Origin: Octopus sinensis
Lineage: Eukaryota
Assembly (NCBI RefSeq): GCF_006345805.1
Contig: NC_043002.1
Span: 119,102,001 to 119,166,000, forward strand
Direction of reading: 5' to 3'
DNA length: 64,000 bases
Shown: positions 24,333 through 36,034 of the stretch, piece after piece
Layout: the number at the start of each line of letters is the position of its first letter
How positions within the stretch are numbered: the first letter of the stretch is position 1
The notes under the pieces: generated by a model
Databases searched by the model: none
Seen by the model: only the letters and a program-made list of their open reading frames with translations
Told to the model about the DNA's origin: nothing
Position numbers and translations under genes: made by a program

Positions 24333-25651
24333 AGCATTTGATTTTTCGATGTCATTACCCCCAAACTTTTGTGAGTTGAATTATGCAAACACTATATATG
24401 AGAGAGATTTTCTTTAAGTATTAGAAATAGCCTTAAAAAAGTTTTTTAGCTGCTATTTCTAATGAGTTCAGTATGCGGCAAAGTAATTTATTTTACTAAG
24501 CCCTTTTATATAATATATATATATATATATATACACACAGTAAAATTGGGAATATTCACAAATGTTTTATTGAATGTAGTTTAGTGGATTTCGCTTCATA
24601 GTTCTGTGCCTTTAGAGCCGATTTAAAGTTTCTTGGTTTTAGGGTTAATAAAAATGAATACCATCAACAAATTGTAGGTCAATAAAATATCGGATCTTTC
24701 CAGACAAGGTACCAAGAGGAACCGACAAATAAAAGCAAAAAAGTTTAGAAGAAACACCGAAACACATATATATACAATAATATCTAAAACAAAACATAAA
24801 CCACTCATACACATAATCCCCACTAAAAAAAAAAACTTTCCTCAAATTTTAGTATGTTTTTCATATTGAATACCGACTGTCTGATTTCATTGACATATTC
24901 AAATGTCACACTAGCTATCTATTATTGTGCAATTTCTATGACATTTCCTTTGAGAATATTTTCATAATTCACCATTCTTTGGTACCTGTCGAGCTATTTT
25001 CCCAGTGATGCTGTTCCAGTTTTTCTGTTTCTTTGAAATGGTTGACACCTCTCTTCTTCATATTCTGACAGAAAAAAAAATGATTATACTTTCGAGAGTT
25101 CACTGTAAATAACAAGAAACTGGAAGGAACTTGACGATGTTATGAGAAGGAATGTGGCCTCAGTGATTCTAATCGACCCGTCTTTAGTGATGTAGCAGCG
25201 TACACAATAAAGATTTTTAAAAATATGAGCACAAAGGCCTACGCTAAAATTCCTTATTGTATACACTTTCAATTATAAGAGAGGAAACAGCCAATTCTAC
25301 AATAACACCTGTAATTGAATAGGACACAATTTTTATCGACTTCGGAAGGATGGGTGGCAAAGGTAGTCGTGTCATAATTTGAACTCTGAACGTAAATGGA
25401 CGTGACTAAATATCACAAGGTATTTTGTCTTATATGTTCCTAATGCTAAATAATTTCTTACATAGGTACAAGACCAGTAATCTGGAGGAGGGGTGTATTT
25501 GATTATATCTATTTCAGTCCATAAATGTAATTTTATTTGAACGACTCTAAAACGAAATAATTAAAGACAGTGTCTAAATTCTGCAAAGTATTTTATCTGC
25601 TGTTCTTGTAATTCCGAAGATGCAATAATGACAATGATATATAATTTACGG

Positions 25652-25822
25652 GAAGGCGGTGAGCTAGCAGAGTCGTTAGCACTCCAGACAAAACGAATAC
25701 CGGCATTTCGTCCGTCTTTACGTTCTAGAGTTCAAATTCCGTCGACGTCAACTTTGCCTTTCATCCTTTCGGGGTCGATAAAATGAGTACTGCCCCAGAA
25801 CTGAGGTCGATGTAATCGACTT
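25652..25822 (+). mobile_element. SINE family A
   Basis: AAGGCGGTGAGCTAGCAGAGTCGTTAGC head and GGGGTCGAT motifs. Confidence 0.8.
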
Positions 25823-27028
25823 ATAGCACAATAGGGAAGATGAGCTGCACGGGCAACTGCCGATCTCTCATGAAAAACTGAGCCCAGTGTCTCTAACGGC
25901 GGCGACAAAAAACGGAAAGGAGCAGTCTACCGGTTTTAAACCTGCATATGATTGACGCAAGAACAAGGCGTACTTCCGACGGAGGGAGAGGCCATTCTGC
26001 CTCAATGAACAGCCCACCCACCAATTAATGAGGTGCTGTCTCGTCACAATCCACCTGCACTAAGAAAAACAAACAAACAAGCAAGCAAATAACGCAAAAA
26101 ACCAGCATTCAGACTTGAATGTTGAAACATAAGGACCATGATAACTGGTCTGTCAAAAGATCTTCCAAAGATCAGCGACACGCGCGAGACAGCAGTGATC
26201 AACAACGAACTGCTACGACATTGCAGCACTCCAGGAAACGAGACTCCCAGGTGTACTTACTTCGTGAAAGAGTGTATGCTTTTTTCTGGCAAGGGAAAAA
26301 CATAGATGAAGCCAGATAGCATGATGTCGGCTTTGTCGTGAGGAACTGTCTGCTGAAGTTGCTAGAACTCAGCAGTGACGGTTCGGATCGGATACCCTCA
26401 TTCCAATTGCACACTTCTGATGTGCCTGTCAACCCTCTATTCCACGCAAGACGCCATGGATAAGTTTGTAGTGATCCTATACAACAGCGCGCGCGAGCAA
26501 CGCCCTCTCGCGAATACACGAAGTCCGAAAGAGGGAATTTTGCTGACGTGGCCTTAGCTTATAGAGGCAAGGGAGAGCGAGCCTTAACAAAGAGGCAAGG
26601 GAGCGTAAAGCGTTGACCATTAGCGTCCGACAGACAGCGGCAGGCATTTCATAGAAGCAGACGTTTAATTCGCTCTCTCTCCGGTTGATAGCAGCAGTCT
26701 TTTGGCCGAAGACTTTTAACCTGAATTGTTGCAGTCAAATCATCTTCTTCCTCCGGACGCCATTTTTGACCCGTTCTGTTTTTAGCGGCTGAACATTGTA
26801 AATATTACAATCGATTAACTTTCAGCCTTGCGCGCCCAGAACCAAGGACATCAGATGTACCACTGGTTTCTCACCGGTATAAAACAATAAAGTATATCTA
26901 TTTTTTACGTCTGCGTTTTGTGTTTCTTTGACTGGTAGAGTCTGGATATAAAAGCAACGGAAAGTGATTGCTTTCTTGTACCCCGAAAGTACAAGAGAAG
27001 TTATATTCAATCACCAAGTTCGTTACAG

Positions 27029-27046
27029 TGGTGACCCCGACGTGAT
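27029..27046 (+). promoter_or_regulatory. Primer-binding site complementary to the tRNA-Trp 3' end
   Basis: TGGTGACCCCGACGTGAT one base after the 5' LTR; this is the established tRNA-Trp PBS sequence. Confidence 0.9.
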
Positions 27047-28556
27047 TCTGGTCTAAAACCAGAGATCACTTATCAACAAAGAAATCCAGTTTTTCTGCGA
27101 AGTCGGAACACGATTAACTCTACGCATTCATCTTTCGACGATTTGTTTCCGGCCACCACAAACAGTTGTAGAAGGAGCCTCTTTCTTATTCTACAGCCAT
27201 GATGACGGACGCCATCATATCAACGATGCCTTTTCTCCACCTTCGTCATCGCCATCGTCGTCTTTCTACTTCACGTCGTCGTTATCTTCGTCGCCATCAT
27301 CACTAAGAACGATGTTGTCTCAAGTCCACTACAGTCGCCACCACCACCGTCGCCTTTCAACACCGTCGACCTCCACAAGATGTACATAGCAACTCGCGGA
27401 ACTTTAGCGTGCACGCTGTATGTGCATATGCACACCAAGGATTCACAGCACCGTCTATCTACGAGATTCTTCTGTTCCAGTTAACCTGTCACAGCATCGA
27501 AGCTACAACCGCTACACATTGTGTTCAACCGGCATCTGCATTTTGTGATTTCAACATTTCTGTTACAGAACGAACTGCTATTGTGCTTCAGGCTATTACA
27601 GACTGGTAAATTAACTCTTGTCTGGAATAGCCCCGAGAGACATTTTTTCTATGCGCTGTATTTTTTTTATATTTTGCTCGCATTCACCTTGTATGTATTT
27701 CTGTCGCACACACGTACACACACATAAATGCTATCTCTCACATACATACGTCACACATGCTTTTCTCGCTTGTTTTTTCCATGCTAAATTTGCCTTTTGT
27801 GGACACCCCTCATTTCTATAGACCCTAGGTCGGTCACGTATACATAGAGAGGGTTGTTTGTCCATTATAACGCGCCGGCATGCCATACCTTTGTTCCTTT
27901 ACGAACGAGGCATATAATCGCTCAACCACTGGCATATTCATTGCTGTTTTTCGTTCTGGCAAACACTATTGCATTTCATGCGCCTTTGCTTCGCACGTGT
28001 ATTGCCTTGTTTTTTGCAACACGTTTGCGTTAGCTTAATTCTTTTCCCGACTCATGGGACGTCGGATGTTCACATGCGCTGCGCCATGTTTAGGCGTAAT
28101 TATTTTTCCCTGTTAGACCACTGTTGGTCACGTAATTAACAGAAAATTATCTGTGTCGCGCATCACACCAGCATGTTTGCACTTTTGCCTTTTGTGTTAC
28201 TAGCGAGCTTCTGTCAATTCCATTTCCTCTCCTGCAGCAATTGATTTAACTGCTATTTTGCAGGATCAACCACCTTTAGAGAAGTTGGATTTTAATTTCG
28301 CCTAGGTTCATTGACTGTGAGTTTTGCTTTCTCTCCGCTCCTTTCAGCGGAAGGGTTTGTACTTTGTGACGTATACACTTTCATGCATGCACTCTTGATT
28401 TTTGCTCATTGAGTATTTTTTCTCTTTTTCCTTTAGTAAATTTCTTGTGTATGTTATAAATTTTGCCATTTTATTATATTGTGTGCTGTTTGGTTGTCTG
28501 GTATCCACCTTGAGTTTTATGGTCACTACAAGGAATTGTTGTTCGTGCTTAGGCAC

Positions 28557-28569
28557 TGGAGGGGAGCTT
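28557..28569 (+). promoter_or_regulatory. Polypurine tract before the 3' LTR
   Basis: GGAGGGGAG(CTT) abutting TGTAGT. Confidence 0.75.
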
Positions 28570-29559
28570 TGTAGTGATCCTATACAACAGCGCGCGCGAG
28601 CAACGCCCTCTCGCGAATACACGAAGTCCGAAAGAGGGAATTTTGCTGACGTGGCCTTAGCTTATAGAGGCAAGGGAGAGCGAGCCTTAACAAAGAGGCA
28701 AGGGAGCGTAAAGCGTTGACCATTAGCGTCCGACAGACAGCGGCAGGCATTTCATAGAAGCAGACGTTTAATTCGCTCTCTCTCCGGTTTTGATAGCAGC
28801 AGTCTTTTGGCCGAAGACTTTTAACCTGAATTGTTGCAGTCAAATCATCTTCTTCCTCCGGACGCCATTTTTGACCCGTTCTGTTTTTAGCGGCTGAACA
28901 TTGTAAATATTACAATCGATTAACTTTCAGCCTTGCGCGCCCAGAACCAAGGACATCAGATATACCACTGATTTCTCACCGGTATAAAACAATAAAGTAT
29001 ATCTATTTTTTACGTCTGTGTTTTGTGTTTCTTTGACTGGTAGAGTCTGGATATAAAAGCAACGGAAAGTGATTGCACCAACTTGCACCCCAAAAGTGCA
29101 AGAGGAGATATTCACATATTCCTTACAAGTTCTAGGATCAGCTCTCTAAGAAAATACAGGTGATCTCAAATGGAGAATAGCTGGTGCCACTTGGTGACTT
29201 CAACGCCAGAATGGAAGCTGATTACGACTTTTGGCCAAGATATTTGGGTCGGCACGGGGTTGGCACGGGGTTGGCACGGGGTTGGCAAAATGAATGAAAA
29301 TGGGCAACGACTGTTGGAGCTCTGTATGCTCCATGGACTATGTGTCACCAACACCTACCTCTAGGCCAAAGCTCGGCACAAGTTCTCCTGGTGGTGCCAC
29401 CCACGCTCAAGTCACTGGTACCAGCTAGATCAGATCATCACAAGACGCAGCCACCTTAGGAATGTGATCCTAACTCAGTCCCTTCAGAGCGCTGACTGTG
29501 ACACAGACCGTTGCAATCTCAAGCTCCAACCAAAAGTGATGCACTGCGCCAAGCCCTCT

Positions 29560-29858
29560 TTGTTGTTTGTTCCTTCTCGAGCCATGCCTGGATCATAAGG
29601 GCCGGTTTCCCGGTTTCTTGGCATACAGGTTCCCCACCTGGACGGGATGCCAGTCCGTCGCAGGTGAGCTGCAAGATGCAGGAGGAAAGACTGAGAGAAA
29701 GTTGTGGCGAAAGAGTCAGCAGACGTTTTGCCATTACCTTCTGCCGGAGCCGCGTGGAGCTTAGGTGTTTCGCTCATAAACACATACACCATCCGGTCTG
29801 AGATTCGAACACGCGATCCCTCGACCGCGAGTCTGCTGCTCTAACCACTAGGCCATGT
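29560..29858 (-). mobile_element. tRNA-derived SINE (body B variant, tail T3) inserted in the RTE
   Basis: 12-bp TSD GCCAAGCCCTCT at 29548-29559 and 29859-29870. Confidence 0.88.
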
Positions 29859-32812
29859 GCCAAGCCCTCTGGCAAGCGGCGTATCAATGTTACTGCAAAC
29901 CAGCAGCCAGCTAAGGCAGATGCGTTCCCCAGGTCATTGGAAGACGCCCTCCTTGTAGATCCACCGGAAGGCAATGTTCTGCAGTGATGGGACTCTCTCA
30001 GGGACATTATACACAGCACTCCCCTGAAGGAATTTGGGAGAAGAAAATTGACACAAGACAGGTTTGAGGCGAGTGTGAAAGAGCTCAATACACCCATGGA
30101 GGAGAAGCGCGCTACCCTGCAGAAGCACAAACACTGCCGTTCAAGAATTTGGACCTGGAGATATCCATTTCCAGCGACTTCGAGGGTCACCTCCCAGTGG
30201 TGTCGGGCGTCAACGAAGAGCCCTCGACCACAACAAGACGACCAAAGTTTTTTTTTTCCAAGGTCTGGGGTCTCCCGCCCCTAAGCCCTAGACTATTACC
30301 TAATCATCCTTATCCGTATTGTTGCTTAACAACAACAATAACAACAGCAACAACAACAACAACACAAATACTCACCAGGACAACTCTGCAAGCATTGAGA
30401 TCAAGAAGAAAAACATATGCAGAAGACAGTGAGAAGCTGTGCAAATGACTACTGGTTAGAACTATTTTAAGACATCCAACTGTCATTTGACACGGGCAAC
30501 ATTTGCAGAATGTATGAGGATATCGAGAAAGCCATTAGCCCTACCCAGAGCAAGATAGCTCCACTTAAATCCAGAATAGAAAAGTCATCAAGGGCAAAAA
30601 TGAGCAGCTGGAGAGATGGGTGGAACGTTATTCTGAATTCTACGTCAAGGAAAACAATATCTCGGATAGCGCGCTAGATACCTGGAACACCTACCCGTCA
30701 TTGAGGAGCTGGACACACTGCCAACTGCTGAAAAACTGAGTAGAGCCTTTGATGGCTTGCCCACTGGACAAACACCGGGTTTGGCCAGCATCTCACCAGA
30801 GATCATCAGGTATGCAAACAGAGTTCTACTTAGCCATTTGCTGAAGCTAGTGTGTCAGTGATGGGAAGAGGAACAATTCCGCAAGACTTGAGAGACTGCA
30901 GCATTGTCATCCTATATAAGAACAAAGGGAAGAGAATTGACTGCAGAAATTACCGAGGCATCTCGCTGTTAAGCGCCGTTGGGAAGGTTTTTGTCCGCGT
31001 GGTCTTAAATAGATTACAGAAAATTGCCTAGAGCGGATACCTCAAATCCCAGTGTGGTTTCAGATCAGAACGCTCCACCATTGACTTGATCTCTTCGATA
31101 GCTACAGAAGTGCTGAGAGCAAAGACAACTGCTCTTCGTTACCTTCATCGACCTCAAAAAAAGTTTTTGACCTAGTTAGTAAAAATGGTCTGTTCAAAAT
31201 TCTTGCCAAGATTGACTGTCCTTCAAGCCTTCTTAGGATTGTCCAATCGTTTCACGTGGATGTGAAAGGCATCGTTCAGTTTGACGACTCTTCTTCGGAG
31301 GTATTCAACGTATGTAGTGGCGTGAAGCAGGGCTGTGTGCTTTCCCCCACCCTGTTTGGCATTTTCTTCGCAGTCATGCTAAAACACACATTTTGGAATA
31401 TCAACCGATGGTGTCTACCTTCACACCATCAGACGGTAAACTGTTTAGTCTGTCGAGGCTGAAAAAAGAAAAAAAATCAGAGTTCACCAGGTACTCATCA
31501 CAGAAATGCTGTTCGCAGACGACGCAGCACTGACAGTGCACTCTAAGAAGCAAATGCAGCATCTCGTGGACAAACTCTGAAAGGCCTGTCAGGAATTCAG
31601 CCTGACTATCAGTCTGAAGAAGACCGACGTATTGGGCCAATGTGTCAGTGGTGACCTCCCCCGTCACCATTCAACACTGCAAGCTGAAGGTAGTCCATGA
31701 ATTCACTTATCTTGGCTCTACCATTTCTAACGACCTTTCCCTCGACCCTGAGATCAGCAGACGAACTAGACGAGCATTTTCCACATTTGTCAGGCTCACA
31801 AAGAGAGTCTGGGAAAACAGAAAGCTGACCGCAAACACCAAGATTGCTGTCTATGAGGCGTGCATCCTGAGTACGTTACTTTATGGAAGTGAGACATGGA
31901 GCCTCTTCTCTAGACAACATCGGCGTCTCAACGTCCTCCGTCTTCGTAATTTGAGACGCACCTTGGATATCAAGTGGATCGACCACATCACCAACACTCA
32001 AGTCCTCAACCGCGCCAAGATATCCAGAATATTCACCTTGTTCCAGTAGCACCGTCTGCGCTGGCTCGGTTTATCTACATAGCATGCCAGATAGGAGGAT
32101 CCCAAAAGACATCCTGTATGGCGAATTGGCTACCAGTACGACTTCATCTTCATTTCAAGGACGTCTCCAAGAGAGATACGTAGTCAATAAATCTGGATGC
32201 CCCGAGATGGGAGGAGGTCGCAAATGATCGCCCACACTGGGGACAAATACTGCGAAAGGGGATGAAGTAAGGGGAAGAGAAACGAACTTGTCATCAAAGA
32301 AATGAGCACTCGATGAAAGAAAAATCAGTAGCGCCAGTAGAGAGCTCCTTCAAATGCAGTCGCTATACGTGTGTCTACCACTTCCGTGTGGGCCTCTACG
32401 CTGCACCACCATCAGCGACTGAGTCAATTTTTTCGGGGGCAGATCCATGGTCTCTCGAGACCAACAGATGCCCATCCAATGACACACACACACACACACA
32501 CACACAACACACACACACACACACACACAAACATACCGATGGTTGGTGTTACAAAAACATAAATGTGATGTGGAGGAGTGAATCGAAGTCCAGTACATAA
32601 CTAGTATTGCATTTATGTAGCCTGGTACTAAATGCTTTTTGGCATTGAGACAGATGTTCTACCGTTTCTGCTACGACGCAAATAGTAGTAGTAGTAGTAT
32701 TAGTATTAGTAGTAGTAGTAGTAGTAATAACAGCAGAAGTAGTAGTAGTAGCTACTTCTACTCTGAGGAGCAAATACTGCACCTCGTGGACAAACCCCCA
32801 AAGGTCTGTCAG

Positions 32813-32890
<78 letters not shown>

Positions 32891-33077
32891 GCTCAGGTTT
32901 TCCAACTTACAGCAGTTGTAAGTCCTTATTAAAGTGTTTTAACATGATCCATTTAATACAATCGTTCATTATCTAAATCTGGAATACCCTCCCTCTTATT
33001 TATCGACTGGATCAATACTTCGTTGCCCTTTTTTAGTGTATGCGCGCGCACGTGTGTATTTGTGTGTGTGTGTGCGC

Positions 33078-33130
<53 letters not shown>

Positions 33131-33689
33131 TAAACATATATATATATATGGTTTTTAATAGTTTTAAAGCAAAAGCCATTACCTCCGGAATTCTGTCAAA
33201 TGATATTTTATTTTTCCCCGCCATTACACATTACCTAATCTAACGACTTTCATGGTATTTGGAGTAATGACGTTTTTATAATGTTCGAGAAGATATGAAT
33301 CGAAAAAGAAAAAAAAAGAAAAGCGAAAAAAATATAAATAAAGAAAAACTGAAGAACAACTTTGTCTTTGAGCTAATAGGATAATCCCTTTTGAAAAACC
33401 CTGGGTTGTTGTTACGCTATGATGTTTTAATTTCCTTTGATTCTGTGCACATATCAAAAGTCACGGAGTTAACATAATCCTGCCTCTTTTTAAGGATAAA
33501 CATTATAACTTGCAGCGGTTGTTTTTGGTTTTGTTACTGATGGTGTTTTTGTTGTCTGAGGGTTAAATGGTTTCAAGTAGAATATTGAGTGTTCACGTTG
33601 TACAGCAAAGATTGACAGACAATACGTTTCCAGTTACAATTGAAGATGGAAAGATGATGTAAGCATGTTTCGCGGTTTCGTTTCCTGTA

Positions 33690-33888
33690 TACTCTCTTTT
33701 AATCTTTTACTTGTTTCAGTCATTTGACTGCGGCCATGCTGGAGCACCGCCTTTAATCGAACAAATCGACCCCGGGACTTATTCTTTGTAAGCCCAGTAC
33801 TTATTTTATCGGTCTCTTTTGCCGAACCGCTAAGTGACGCGGACGTAAACACACCAGCATCGGTTGTCAAGCAATGCTAGGGGGACAA

Positions 33889-33923
<35 letters not shown>

Positions 33924-34091
33924 CATATATACGACAGGCTTCTTTCAGTTTCCGTCTACCAAATCCACTCACAAGGCATTGGTCGGCCCGGGGCTATAGC
34001 AGAAGACACTTGCCCAAGATGCCACGCAGTGGGACTGAACCCAGAACCATGTGGTTGGTTAGCAAGCTACTTACCACACAGCCACTCCTGC
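33690..34091 (-). mobile_element. SINE family B
   Basis: Reverse complement of 38380-38799. Confidence 0.92.
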
Positions 34092-34309
34092 TATTAAATA
34101 TATAGCTATTTAATTTTGTTTCTGACACCAATGCCTTTTGGAAAGGAATGAACTGCACAACTACAGTAATTTGCCTCTCCTCTGAGGTCAATAGAAGTAT
34201 CATCTGTTGTTAGATACATTCGAGGGAATCAACTGATTTCATTTATCGATGGATTTTTAGAACGAATGATGCAGTAATCTGTTGCTGTTTTTTTTTTGTT
34301 TTTATTATT

Positions 34310-35190
34310 GCTGTCGTTATTATTATTGTTATTACTATTGTCATTGTTATGGCAGCGAGCTGGCAGAAACGTTAGCACGCCGGACGAAATGCGTAGCCGT
34401 ATTTCGCCTGCCGTTACGTTCTGAGTTCAAATTCCGCCGAGGTCGACTTTGCCTTTCATCCATTCAGGGTCGATAAATTAAGTACCAGTTACGCACTGGG
34501 ATCGATGTAATCGACTTAATCAGTTTGTATGTCCTTGTTTGTCCTCTCTGTGTTTAGCCCCTTGTGGGTAGTAAAGAAAATAGGTATTTCGTTTGTTTTT
34601 ACGTTCTGAGTTCAAATTCCGCCGAGGTCGACTTTGACTTTCATCCTCCCGGGGTCGATTAAATAAGTACCAGTCGAATACTGGGATCGATGTGTTCGAT
34701 TGTCTCTCTCCCCATAAAAATCCAGGCATTGTGCCTATAGTAGAAAAGAATCGTTAGCGCGCCGGTCAAAATGCTTAGCAGCATTTCGTCCGTGCTTACG
34801 TTCTGAGTTCAAATTCATCCGGAGTCGACTTGTAGATAATATAAATACCAGTTGAATACTGGAGTCGATTTAATCGACTCAGCCTCTCTTCCAAACATGC
34901 TGGCCTTGTGCCAAAATTTAAACCACTATTATTATTATTATTATTATTATTATTGTTGTTGTTGTTGTTGTTGTTAAGGCGGCGAGCTGGCAGAATCGTT
35001 AGCACACTGGATGAATTGCTTAGCAGCATTTCGCCCGTCGCTACGTTCTGAGTTCAAATTCCACCAAGGCCGACTTTGCCTTTCGACCTTTTAGGGGCCG
35101 ATAAATTAATTAAGTACCAGCTGAGTACTGCGGTCGATGCAATCGACTTAACCCCTGTCCCAAAATTTTAGACCTTGTGCCAATAGCAGA
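34310..35190 (+). mobile_element. Four co-oriented SINE family A copies (one full length)
   Basis: Repeated head/body motifs at ~34310, ~34590, ~34750 and ~34975. Confidence 0.85.
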
Positions 35191-35575
35191 ATGCATTATC
35201 ATTACTATTGTTTTTGCCTCTGTTCACATGGCACTGAGCAGCCATATGACCCACAGGTGCTCTGCAGAACGACGAGCAGCAACTCAGGTGATTACAGCAG
35301 AAGCAGCAAGGTGGATACGATCAGTTATTGCTTCACCTTAGTCGTAGTGTGCTATCAAACACAGAATTAGAAAGGCTAGTGAGGCTAGTGAGGCAATGTT
35401 GCAGCTATTTCTTTGTAATGTGTCGTTTAGGAAATCTCTAATCGCAGGATGTCTTAGAAAGTATAGTTAAATCATTCTTTTCTAATACGTTGTTGCGTGA
35501 TTTAAAAAGATTTGCTTGCTATTTCTCGCAGTTCAAACGACTGTGCGCAACGAGTGTCATACGAACCAGCTACAC

Positions 35576-35931
35576 CAGTGCTTCTCAACCGAGGTCCACA
35601 TTGTCCTAGAGGGTCCTCACAAAATTTTGCTGTTAAAATTTATGCACAAAATATTTTAACAATTTTTATTATACAATTCCTAAAACCATTTAATTATAAA
35701 AATATGAGGTTCTTTTATTGTTTTCCTTGTTTCAGTCATTTGACTGCGACTATGCTGGAGCACCGCCTTGAAAGATTATTCGACCACGACCAGACTCGAA
35801 CTCGCAATTTTCTGATTCGAAGTCAGACACCTTATCCGGGACATTTTTAAGCATCAAATATTTATTAGGGTCCATTAAAGTAAAATAGGAATCAAGGGGG
35901 TCCATAGACAAAAAATGGTTGAGAACCACTG
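35576..35931. mobile_element. hAT-type MITE
   Basis: TIRs CAGTGCTTCTCAACC / GGTTGAGAACCACTG; 8-bp TSD AGCTACAC/AGTTACAC; right-end fragment of the same family at ~6230-6280. Confidence 0.85.
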
Positions 35932-36034
35932 AGTTACACAGTCAAACGGCTGCGTAGCTTCCTCGCATAACATTTATATCGTACAAACAATTTAGTAAGA
36001 CATTAAACAGTGAACATGGGACATGATATATTTA

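Larger units (their letters stand above)
21696..24514. repeat. Tandem + inverted array of a ~545-bp non-coding unit (~1.3 copies in one orientation, ~3.85 in the other), one hammerhead per unit; retrozyme-like
   Basis: The CCGATGA core recurs at 22642, 23186, 23732 and 24276 (spacing 544-546) and inverted at ~22032-22038. Inversion junction at ~22418. (TA)n on both flanks. Confidence 0.92.
26467..29127 (+). mobile_element. Non-autonomous LTR retrotransposon (Gypsy-like ends), 2661 bp
   Basis: LTRs 26467-27027 and 28570-29127 with TGTA...TACA ends; TSD AGTT at 26463-26466 and 29128-29131; PBS and PPT present; no gag/pol ORF in the 1.5-kb interior. Confidence 0.93.
25830..32470 (+). mobile_element. 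Decayed near-full-length RTE-BovB-type LINE interrupted by an LTR element and a SINE
   Basis: APE endonuclease remnants (DIAALQETRLP, AFFWQGK, ICTLHGLCVTNTY-like) and RT motifs GVKQGCVLSPTLFGIFF (~31320) and EMLFADDAAL (~31503). The frame DAMDK-F*DQL rejoins across the LTR insertion. Many stops and frameshifts. Confidence 0.88.

Noticed and set aside
21926-24388. Recurrent 60-116-aa ORFs in the 545-bp array
   Set aside because: No recognisable motif; frames are broken differently in each copy and occur on both strands.
21696-24514. CRISPR array or Helitron interpretation of the tandem array
   Set aside because: No unique spacers and no cas genes; no Helitron termini seen.
24950-25070. Possible minus-strand exon (polypyrimidine-AG then NMKKRGVNHFKETEKLEQHHWENSST)
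   Set aside because: Splice-like signals only; no recognisable protein or partner exon.
25830-26050. HDV-like ribozyme at the RTE 5' end (known in some RTE elements)
   Set aside because: I could not build the nested double pseudoknot by eye; a descriptor search would be needed.
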